DNA of 64,000 nt from Acidimicrobiia bacterium. Its GTDB lineage: Bacteria > Actinomycetota > Acidimicrobiia > Spongiisociales > ZC4RG35. The notes beneath the pieces were generated by a model. The model was given only the letters and a program-made list of their open reading frames with translations. It did not search any database and was not told the origin of the DNA. The stretch covers positions 1,193 through 65,192 of the forward strand of contig DASUUC010000085.1 in NCBI GenBank assembly GCA_036374335.1. Reading direction: 5' to 3'. This document shows, piece by piece, positions 52,920 to 60,285 of this stretch. How positions within the stretch are numbered: the first letter of the stretch is position 1; every line of letters starts with the position of its first letter. A program made the position numbers and the translations under genes.

Positions 52920-54280
52920 AGGCCCTCCTTGGCCAGTTCGAGCGCCGCCTCGAGGACGGCCCCTTTGGACAGGACCTCGTGGTGCTCGGTGGCGGGGTCG
53001 CTGTCGGCCACGATCCCGGCACCGGCCTGATAGTTGTATCCACCATCTTGGAAAACGAGGGTGCGGATGGTGATCGCATGGTCCATCGCCCCGCGATGGC
53101 CGAAGTAGCCGATCGACCCCGAGTAGAGGCCGCGGGAAACCGGCTCCAACTCGTCGATGATCTCGATGGCGCGCAGTTTCGGTGCCCCGGTCACCGTTCC
53201 GGCGGGGAAGGCGGCGGCGAACAGGTCGAAGGCGTCGAGGTCGGACCGGAGATCCGCGGTCACCCCGCTGACCATGTGCATGACATGGCTGTAGCGCTCG
53301 ATGGTCTTGTAGGGGTCGACCACCACCGAACCCGGCGAGGCGGTGCGACCCACGTCGTTGCGTGCGAGGTCGACGAGCATCACGTGCTCGGCGACCTCTT
53401 TGGGGTCGGCGAGCAGTTCTCGCTCCAGACGATGGTCCTCGTCCTCGTCGGTCCCGCGGGGCCGGGTTCCTGCGATGGGGCGGAGCTCGGCCTTGCGACC
53501 GTTGAGACGGGCCAACGCCTCGGGGGACGACCCGACCACCTGCCGGTCGCCGGTGTCGAGGTAGTACATGTATGGCGATGGGTTGAGCAGCCGTAGAGCG
53601 CGATATGCTGCGAATGGGTCGACTTGGGTCTCACCGTCGAAACGGATGGAGAGCACCAACTGATAGACGTCTCCGGCGTGGATGTGCTGCTTCACCGTCT
53701 CGACGCCATCCATGTACTTGGCCTTGGTCATCGAGGGTGTGGCCGGGCCGTGACTCGCCGGCTCCTCGGCACGATCGAGCGGGCCACGCAATGCCCTCTG
53801 GACCTCCCGGCGAATTTGGCGACGCTCTTTCTCCGTACCTGAATGGAGGAGGGCCATGCGCCGGGTGAGATGATCGAAGACCAGGATCGATCTGGTCGTG
53901 ATGTACACCCCGTCCGGACCGGAACGTTGGTGGGGAGATGAGGGAAGCCGATACAGCCTTCTCACCAAATCGAAGGCGGCCACCCCGACCAGACCGCCAC
54001 CGAAGGGGGAGGCAGTGTCCTCGGGGGCGCAGACCGGGGCCATCTCGAGGGCGTGGCGGAGTCCCGCCAGGAGGCCGGTGTCGGCGAGCCGGCCGTCGAC
54101 GTGGACACCGTCATCTTCGATGGTGACCCGCTGGGTGTCGCCAAAGCCGATGAAGGAGTAGCGACCGGTGTGCCCACCCTCCACGCTCTCCAACAGATAG
54201 CGAGGCCGCAATGCCGCCAGCCGCAGATACGCCGAGACCGGGGTGTCCAGGTCTGCCGGAATGTCGAATATCGATTCCAT
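52916..54280 (-). CDS. trpE: Anthranilate synthase component I
   Basis: 454 aa. LLESVEGG, chorismate-binding C-terminus (GAPKLRAIEIIDELE, RGLYSGSIGYF). GAGGAGACC precedes ATG 54280. Confidence 0.9.
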   Translation of the reverse strand: MESIFDIPADLDTPVSAYLRLAALRPRYLLESVEGGHTGRYSFIGFGDTQRVTIEDDGVHVDGRLADTGLLAGLRHALEMAPVCAPEDTASPFGGGLVGVAAFDLVRRLYRLPSSPHQRSGPDGVYITTRSILVFDHLTRRMALLHSGTEKERRQIRREVQRALRGPLDRAEEPASHGPATPSMTKAKYMDGVETVKQHIHAGDVYQLVLSIRFDGETQVDPFAAYRALRLLNPSPYMYYLDTGDRQVVGSSPEALARLNGRKAELRPIAGTRPRGTDEDEDHRLERELLADPKEVAEHVMLVDLARNDVGRTASPGSVVVDPYKTIERYSHVMHMVSGVTADLRSDLDAFDLFAAAFPAGTVTGAPKLRAIEIIDELEPVSRGLYSGSIGYFGHRGAMDHAITIRTLVFQDGGYNYQAGAGIVADSDPATEHHEVLSKGAVLEAALELAKEGL

Positions 54281-54325
54281 GGTCTCCTCACTTGCCTGGA
54301 CCCGAGGGGAGATGTCCGGGAATCG

Positions 54326-54353
54326 AAAAACCCACCTCGTGTCGGGAGGTGGG
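54326..54353 (-). terminator. trp attenuator: intrinsic terminator between the leader peptide and trpE
   Basis: Minus-strand read: CCCACCTC-CCGACAC-GAGGTGGG followed by TTTTTCG, 46 nt upstream of the trpE ATG. The 5' arm is complementary to GAGGTGG, which overlaps the leader stop codon. Confidence 0.75.
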
Positions 54354-54393
54354 TTGATGTCGGTCTATGGAATGAGCCGTATGGTCGCCACCT

Positions 54394-54447
54394 CTATGGG
54401 GTCGACCACCACCACTGCCGGGTTGCGAACTCGATTGTGCTGCTCAT
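54394..54447 (-). CDS. trpL: trp operon leader peptide (17 aa, three consecutive Trp codons)
   Basis: ATG AGC AGC ACA ATC GAG TTC GCA ACC CGG CAG TGG TGG TGG TCG ACC CCA TAG gives MSSTIEFATRQWWWSTP. Trp codons are at 54406-54414. It lies upstream of the terminator hairpin and trpE. No clear SD. Confidence 0.7.
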   Translation of the reverse strand: MSSTIEFATRQWWWSTP

Positions 54448-54488
54448 TGCGGTGAAGGTTTACCAGTTACCGGGCAGTCCGTCAATAC

Positions 54489-54533
54489 GTTCCTAATGCT
54501 GTGGCTCCCATATATGGGAGCCACAGCGTTTCA
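54489..54533. repeat. Family-1 structured element, copy 4 (full-palindrome variant)
   Basis: GTTCCTAATGCTGTGGCTCCCATATATGGGAGCCACAGCGTTTCA. GCTGTGGCTCCCATAT/ATATGGGAGCCACAGC is a perfect 32-nt palindrome. It lies between the LLM oxidoreductase stop (54683) and the trp leader. Confidence 0.85.
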
Positions 54534-54682
54534 AAAGACCGGACTCCCCTACGAGGTGTGATGGTTGCGACGGCGTCATCAGCCGATGTTGCTCGTTCCA
54601 AGGACGGGGCCGGGCGTCCCAAGGATCTGCGAACCCTTCCGCCATGTATACCCCATCTCCAACGGCTGAAGGAAGAAGACCG

Positions 54683-55723
54683 CTAGCCCGTTGTCTCGTT
54701 GACGATCGGAGCCACCTTTGTTCCCAATAGTTCGATACTGCGCAACACCTTGTCATGGGGCATGGTGCCCACGCTCACGTGCAACTCGAAGCGGTTGACA
54801 CCCAGCAGCTCCTTGAATCGGAGGATCTTCGCCGCCACCGTCTCAGGGTCACCGAGAACGAGGGAGCCTTCAGGCGACCGCATCCAGTCGAACTGCTCTT
54901 TGGTCATCGGGCCCCAGCCTCGCTCTCGACCGAGACGTGTCATCGCCGCCGCATAGGAGGCGTAGTACTCCTCAGCGGCCTGCTCGTTGTTGTCCGAGAC
55001 GTAGCCGTGGGCATGGACCGATAGCGGCACCTCCTCACGGTCGTATCCCGACTCCTGAAGGGTGCGGCGGAACAGCTCGGCGAGAGGGGTGAACCGATCG
55101 GGGGCACCGCCGATGATGGCCAGGGCCACCGCCAGACCGCGAGTAGCGGCGCGCACGATCGACTGGGGTGTCCCGCCGACGGCGACACGTATCGGTAGCT
55201 CACGCTCCGGCCTGGGATAGATGCCCTGACCTTTGATCGGGGACCGGAACTGTCCCGACCAGTTGATTTCGTCTTCGCTGTCGCGGATCTGGATGAGTAG
55301 GTCGAGCTTCTCGGCGAACAGCTCGTTGTAGTCGTCGAGGTTGTACCCGAACAGGGGAAAGGACTCGATGAACGATCCTCGACCCACCAGTAACTCGGCA
55401 CGTCCTGACGACACGAGATCCAATGTCGAGTACTGCTGAAACACTCGGACCGGGTCGTCGGTGCTGAGAATCGACACGGCTGGGAAGAGACGGATCTTCG
55501 ACGTCCGCCCGGCGGCAGCGGCGAGGACTACAGCGGGTGCCGAGGAGGCGAAATCCGGTCGATGATGCTCCCCGAGCCCGTACACGTCGAGACCGACCGA
55601 CTCGGCCGCTTCGACTTCTTCGAGGATCTGGCGGAGTCGTTCCCCGTGGCTGACAGGAGGTTCGCCACCGTGGGAGGGGATGGTCTCGGCGAAGCTGGTG
55701 ATTCCTAATTCCATGTTCATCAA
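54683..55723 (-). CDS. LLM-class (luciferase-like) flavin-dependent oxidoreductase
   Basis: 346 aa. MELGITSFAET ... HHRPDFASSAPAVVLAAAAGRT is typical of the luciferase-like monooxygenase family. Confidence 0.85.
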   Translation of the reverse strand: MMNMELGITSFAETIPSHGGEPPVSHGERLRQILEEVEAAESVGLDVYGLGEHHRPDFASSAPAVVLAAAAGRTSKIRLFPAVSILSTDDPVRVFQQYSTLDLVSSGRAELLVGRGSFIESFPLFGYNLDDYNELFAEKLDLLIQIRDSEDEINWSGQFRSPIKGQGIYPRPERELPIRVAVGGTPQSIVRAATRGLAVALAIIGGAPDRFTPLAELFRRTLQESGYDREEVPLSVHAHGYVSDNNEQAAEEYYASYAAAMTRLGRERGWGPMTKEQFDWMRSPEGSLVLGDPETVAAKILRFKELLGVNRFELHVSVGTMPHDKVLRSIELLGTKVAPIVNETTG

Positions 55724-55784
55724 ACAACGCGTATCAGGGCCGCTCCCTTCCCCTCTAACCGTCTGAGAGAGGCAGAGGAGAGCG

Positions 55785-56018
55785 ATGACTACGTCGGCTA
55801 GATACCCCGGAGGAGCAAGGGCTCAACCGGGTTCACCGCGGGCCAAAGCCGTGGTAGCGGGTGCGGTCATCGCCCTGGCCACCGCAATCGCGGGGACCGC
55901 GCTGTTGGCCGGCCTCGCCACCGGCTCATCCATCGAGGCGCCCGACCAGCCCGTCGTCCCGGTCACCCAACCGGCCGAGAGGAACTCGCCTCTCTCGAGC
56001 GGAGCGACCTACGACTGA
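55785..56018 (+). CDS. Small membrane-anchored/secreted hypothetical protein
   Basis: 77 aa. GAGGAGAGCG precedes the ATG. One hydrophobic helix (AVVAGAVIALATAIAGTALLAGLA). Followed by a strong terminator. Confidence 0.5.
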   Translation: MTTSARYPGGARAQPGSPRAKAVVAGAVIALATAIAGTALLAGLATGSSIEAPDQPVVPVTQPAERNSPLSSGATYD

Positions 56019-56076
56019 CACAACGGGCGGACCGTCACCGGAGACGGTCAGAAAGGCTTCCGACTGGGGGAGACAC

Positions 56077-56113
56077 GACCCCGGGCCCCATCAAGGGCCC
56101 GGGGTCACCTTTT
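56077..56113 (+). terminator. Intrinsic terminator (perfect 12-bp stem)
   Basis: gaccccgggccc-catcaa-gggcccggggtc followed by accttttgt. Confidence 0.75.
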
Positions 56114-56136
56114 GTCCGAGTTCTGGTGGACACGAG

Positions 56137-56166
56137 AATGGGGACTGTCTCCCGACAGTCCCCATT
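56137..56166. terminator. Perfect 13-bp hairpin, possible terminator for the minus-strand small ORF
   Basis: aatggggactgtc-tccc-gacagtccccatt read directly. Confidence 0.5.
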
Positions 56167-56249
56167 TCTCTACGTCTGCTCGGCTCCTCCCACCCGGTGG
56201 GCTCCTCATTTGCGGTTCAGGATTCCCCCTGAGACGTGTGCTCTTTCTC

Positions 56250-56435
56250 TCAAAAGGCCGGACGCAACACTTTGCGCCGCGACGCCTCACGAGAACGCCG
56301 GTTCCACAAGCCGGGACCGACGGATCGGTTGCCCAGGTACCTCTTCACCGGGTTGTCCAACGACTCGAGCGGCCGATTGGCCCACGCCCATCGTCGACCC
56401 CGACGAGAGATCCTTGCTCGGGACATGTAGAGCAT
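56250..56435 (-). CDS. Hypothetical small Arg/Trp-rich basic protein (61 aa)
   Basis: MLYMSRARISRRGRRWAWANRPLESLDNPVKRYLGNRSVGPGLWNRRSREASRRKVLRPAF. GAGAGGAGAG lies 3 nt upstream of ATG 56435. About 74% GC3 by my hand count. No recognisable family. Confidence 0.35.
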   Translation of the reverse strand: MLYMSRARISRRGRRWAWANRPLESLDNPVKRYLGNRSVGPGLWNRRSREASRRKVLRPAF

Positions 56436-56440
56436 CAGCT

Positions 56441-56488
56441 CTCCTCTCTCAATCCATCGCCTCACGAGCGACGGTTACAGGAGAGGAG
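56441..56488 (-). promoter_or_regulatory. 5'-leader hairpin whose 3' arm is the SD of the 61-aa ORF (SD-sequestering structure)
   Basis: On the minus strand, CUCCUCUC (56488-56481) pairs with GAGAGGAG (56448-56441). A nested stem CCGUCGC/GCGAUGG lies between them. Confidence 0.4.
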
Positions 56489-56519
56489 GCACCGCATGTG
56501 CCCCTGATACGAAAAGAAG

Positions 56520-56574
56520 CCCCTTCTGTGCGGGTTTGTCCACCGTCAGGGTGGGCAGATCCGCACAGGATGGT
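56520..56574 (-). repeat. Family-2 hairpin element, copy C; terminator of the CHAT-sigma operon
   Basis: Arms ccttctgtgcgggt / atccgcacaggatgg with an internal CCACC/GGTGG stem. On the minus strand it is followed by GGGGCTTCTTTTCG. It abuts the TAA at 56574-56576. Confidence 0.7.
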
Positions 56575-57035
56575 TAGAGGACCACCCATTGGGTCTTGAC
56601 GACCTGGCCTCTGGTGAAACGGAGAACCATGCCCAGCGGGCCTCGGGCTATTCCGTCAGCGGTGAAGCGCCCCATGTCATCCGACTCGGTCATAAAAGAT
56701 GCTCCAGACGTGTGGAGTTCGACCGTGTAGCGAGCCGGAGGCGAGGTAGCCCCTATGAGCCGGCCGGCCGCTTCGTCGTATTCGATGTCGATCATCCACT
56801 GGCCGGCCTGAAACGAGATCATGCGGAGGGTGGTGGAAGACCGCACCCCCGCCGGCAAGTCCTCGTCGGCGGAGTCGAAGTCGAGCTCGGCGAGCTCGGC
56901 GTCGATGTCCCGCCACGTGAAGGCGGCCTTGGCAAATGCGACCACATCGGAAGGGACGGCATCACTGTCCGCGAGCGCCTTGCGGAGCATCGCGAGAAGC
57001 TTCTCATCCTCTCTGGACTGGTTGAACTCGCTCAA
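56574..57035 (-). CDS. Acidic 153-aa hypothetical protein co-translated with the ECF sigma factor (candidate sigma partner or anti-sigma)
   Basis: TTG 57035 lies 7 nt after a GGAGG that overlaps the sigma stop (TAGGAGGTG). No TM helix and no zinc-anti-sigma motif. N-terminal helical acidic region, C-terminal beta-rich region. The track ORF reaching 57398 overlaps the sigma gene and is an extension. Confidence 0.6.
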   Translation of the reverse strand: MSEFNQSREDEKLLAMLRKALADSDAVPSDVVAFAKAAFTWRDIDAELAELDFDSADEDLPAGVRSSTTLRMISFQAGQWMIDIEYDEAAGRLIGATSPPARYTVELHTSGASFMTESDDMGRFTADGIARGPLGMVLRFTRGQVVKTQWVVL

Positions 57036-57046
57036 TTGCTCACCTC

Positions 57047-57589
57047 CTAATCCAAAGAGTCGTCTGCGCCGCGCCTGATACGTGTTATAGCTGAGCGCAG
57101 CTTGTCGAGACAACGTGCTCTGGTGGGCCCGAGACTTCCGATGGGGCGCCCGATGGCCTCCGAGATCTCCTCGTAGCTGAGGGCAGGCTCGATGGTCATC
57201 AGCCTGAGCAACTGCTGACAGACTTCGTCGAGCGCACTGAACGCCTGGACGACGAAACGATGCTCCTCGTCGTCGACCAGGATTTCGTCCAGAGAAGGGC
57301 TCGGGTCTTCCACGTCGTATTGGAACTCGGTTGGCACGTCCCGCTCCTGCGCCCGGGAGACGCGCATCGCTTCCCGCCGACTCGTCGTGGCCAGCCAACC
57401 AGGGAGACGCTCGGGGTCGTTGATGGAATCAACGTTCTCGATGAGTCTGAGCCACACGGTCTGGGCGACATCCTTGGCGGTGGCATCGTCGAGACGGAAA
57501 CCCCGGGCGACCGACCAAACCATTTGACCGAATCTGTCCACGAGGGCATCCCAGGCGCTCTGTTCGCCGCCGGCGGCAAGGGTGAGCAA
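57047..57589 (-). CDS. ECF-type sigma-70 family RNA polymerase sigma factor
   Basis: 180 aa from TTG 57589. Region 2 (DALVDRFGQMVWSVARGFRLDDATAKDVAQTVWLRL) and region 4 (LSYEEISEAIGRPIGSLGPTRARCLDKLR). Confidence 0.85.
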   Translation of the reverse strand: MLTLAAGGEQSAWDALVDRFGQMVWSVARGFRLDDATAKDVAQTVWLRLIENVDSINDPERLPGWLATTSRREAMRVSRAQERDVPTEFQYDVEDPSPSLDEILVDDEEHRFVVQAFSALDEVCQQLLRLMTIEPALSYEEISEAIGRPIGSLGPTRARCLDKLRSAITRIRRGADDSLD

Positions 57590-57652
57590 TTCTCCGTGTG
57601 ATAGGGCTTCGATGCAGGGATCGTAGAGGGGCGCGTGTCGGTGGCGCCGGCC

Positions 57653-60220
57653 TCAGGCGCCCACGCAGACAAAAGATGCGGCCGCGATGAATCGCTTAGG
57701 GTCGTGGAATGCCGCCGACTGCGCCGCCGAGAGAGCGACCGCCGGTTCGCGACCGGCGACTAATCCCTTGTGGAGATCAACCATTAGATCGGACGTCGCC
57801 GACGAATCGGGGACCAAACCCACACTGGCCACCACGTTCCGTGTGCCCATCGAGAGGAGCGCAGATGTGAGCCCGGCGAGCTCGTCGCCGGCACGCGTCT
57901 CGGTGTACCCGGAGTCACATGCCGATAGGACCACCAAAGACGGCGGGTTCTCGAGGCGCTCGATGTCGTAGATGTTGAGATCACCGTCGCCGAGCCGTAG
58001 GGACGAGAACATGGGGCTCTCGACGTGGAATGAGGCGTGGCACGCGATGTGGGCAATGCCGACGCCCTCGACACCGCCCTTCAACTCATCCACGGTAGTT
58101 CCGGGAAGCATCACCCTGGCATGGTCATAGAGGGCTCCGACTCTTCGGACTTCGTCCTCGGCCACCTGGAGGTCGGGACCACCGACCACGAGCACATCAG
58201 CGCCATCGCCTGAAGCCGTGCGGGCCCTCCACCACATCTCGGCTGATGGGCTCACGGTCGGTGACCTGCCTCTGAGCCGGGGCAGGGAGGCCCAGGGCGC
58301 CGACATCAGAGTCGGGGGAGGCACGATGAGGACCGGGGCATCACCGAAATCGACTGGGCCGAACAAGGCATGATCGAGCGCTTCCAACTGCGAAGCATCG
58401 AACGATCTGCCGCGCCGCGCCGCTCTTCTCATGTCGAAACGAAGGTGACTGAGCTCACGGCCCACTCGATCCATGTCACCCAACTCGACGACCGTGGTTC
58501 GGCGGTTCCTGACCACGACAGCAAACAGTCGTCCATCGGCGACCCCCATCTCGTACAGGACGGTGTCGTCGAGCGCGTCGATCACATCTCGCAACGAGCT
58601 GTCGGCCTCCGATCCCTCTTCCCGATTGCGGACTCGTTCAGCTCTCGCGATCGTCGCTTCGAGACGTCGCCGTCGCCGCTCGAGATCACGGTCACCGCGT
58701 TTGGATGGCTTTCGCAACTCGGCGGTCACCCGTCTCAGATCGGCAAGCAGATCGCTCACCTCATCATCGCCCGAAGGTGTCACCGGTCGGACTCTCAAGG
58801 CACGGGCACGGGTCCGGTCGAGCCACTCCAGTACTCTTCGCGGACGGCCAGACTCCAACGCCAGCCGGAGGCCCATCTCCGCCAACTCGGTTCCGTGCTT
58901 CTCGATGCCCATCCTCAGCTCTGTCGCTCCGAGAGTGGCCTGATATCGATCCATCAGCCGAAGCCCGCCGCGGGCGGCGCGTGACGCTCTGCCCGGCTCA
59001 CCCTCCATCTCGGCAAGCCGGGCCTGGGCGACGGCCGATTGGAGACGGACCTCCACGGGGCCCGTCTTCGTGGCGGCGACCGGTTCGAGGTGACGCCGGG
59101 CTCGCTGCTGCTGCCCCAGCCCGTCGGCGATCCGAGCTGCGACAAACCGGGCCTGGGCCGTGGCCACCTTCATCTCTTCCCGAGCCAGTTGCTCGATCAC
59201 CGCTTCCGCCTCCACGAGCAATTCCGGCGAAGGACCACTCTCGGCGAATCTCGCTTCCACCGCGATCGCATTGGCCTCAGCGCGCCGCGGGACTCTGGCA
59301 ACGCGCCGGAAGATATCCGCCGCCGCTTGCGCGTGTTGGGCGGCCCCGCCATGGTGGCCTGCCATCAAAGCCGCCCTGGCCGCTACCAGCAAGGCGTTTG
59401 CCTGATGCTCGACATCGTTTCGGGAACCAGCCGAATTAGCTATCCTTCGAGCCGACTCGAGGGCTTCCTCAAACCGTCCGACACTGATGAGCACTTCAGC
59501 CCGGGCTACATGCTGAGGGGCATCAGCGCCCGAGATCTCCATGTGGAGAGCGTCACTCCTCTCCAGCCAGTCGAGCGCCGAGGGGATGTCACCCCGATAG
59601 AAAGCGAGAAGCCCGATGTTATGCATTATCCCGTGCGCTGCCGTTAGCTCTCCTCGCTTCTCAGCCAGCTCGTGAGCCTCCAAGAGGCAAGACTCGGCTT
59701 CTGAAAAGCGGCCCAGCGTGGTGTAGGCCCTTCCCAGCCTGTTTATCGTTTGACCGACGGAGAACTCATCTCCGAATTGCCGGAAGACCGGGAGGGCTTC
59801 CGCATATGCCCGCAGCGCTTCCATGAGATTGCCCGCGTTGTCCAACACTGCACCACTTTGGAATACGAATCTCGCCCTGAGATGAGGATCCGAGGCGGCT
59901 TCGATCCCCTCTTCAATCACCGTCAGTGACTCTTCAGTTCGGCCGGCAATGGCGAGGGAGCCGCTCATCGTCAACAGCCCCATCAATCGGAGCGCAGTGA
60001 GTCCGCCCCGGTCGGCACATTCCGCTGCCCTTCGGGCGTAAGAGATCGATTTGTGGATCTCGTTGACATGCCGGGCGGCCATACTCATCGCCCGCAGAGT
60101 CTCGGAGTGGCCCCGATAGTCCGATTCGTCGAGCTCCGCTAAGAGTTTCTCGCCCGACTCGAGTGCCGTTCTCGGGTCGGAGAGTGCTAGTTGCATCAAC
60201 TCCTCGGCAGGGCTGGTCAT
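57653..60220 (-). CDS. TPR-repeat plus CHAT-domain (caspase-like) protease
   Basis: 855 aa. About 400 N-terminal aa of TPR-like helical repeats. C-terminal CHAT region with a His...Cys dyad context (GIAHIACHASFH ... SLVVLSACDSGY). No SD. TATAAG at -12 to -7 from the ATG. Confidence 0.85.
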   Translation of the reverse strand: MTSPAEELMQLALSDPRTALESGEKLLAELDESDYRGHSETLRAMSMAARHVNEIHKSISYARRAAECADRGGLTALRLMGLLTMSGSLAIAGRTEESLTVIEEGIEAASDPHLRARFVFQSGAVLDNAGNLMEALRAYAEALPVFRQFGDEFSVGQTINRLGRAYTTLGRFSEAESCLLEAHELAEKRGELTAAHGIMHNIGLLAFYRGDIPSALDWLERSDALHMEISGADAPQHVARAEVLISVGRFEEALESARRIANSAGSRNDVEHQANALLVAARAALMAGHHGGAAQHAQAAADIFRRVARVPRRAEANAIAVEARFAESGPSPELLVEAEAVIEQLAREEMKVATAQARFVAARIADGLGQQQRARRHLEPVAATKTGPVEVRLQSAVAQARLAEMEGEPGRASRAARGGLRLMDRYQATLGATELRMGIEKHGTELAEMGLRLALESGRPRRVLEWLDRTRARALRVRPVTPSGDDEVSDLLADLRRVTAELRKPSKRGDRDLERRRRRLEATIARAERVRNREEGSEADSSLRDVIDALDDTVLYEMGVADGRLFAVVVRNRRTTVVELGDMDRVGRELSHLRFDMRRAARRGRSFDASQLEALDHALFGPVDFGDAPVLIVPPPTLMSAPWASLPRLRGRSPTVSPSAEMWWRARTASGDGADVLVVGGPDLQVAEDEVRRVGALYDHARVMLPGTTVDELKGGVEGVGIAHIACHASFHVESPMFSSLRLGDGDLNIYDIERLENPPSLVVLSACDSGYTETRAGDELAGLTSALLSMGTRNVVASVGLVPDSSATSDLMVDLHKGLVAGREPAVALSAAQSAAFHDPKRFIAAASFVCVGA

Positions 60221-60285
60221 CGTCTACTTATACTTGCAAGGGATCCGGGCCCTTGGGGCCCATCTAGCTACAGGAGGGGGAAATC

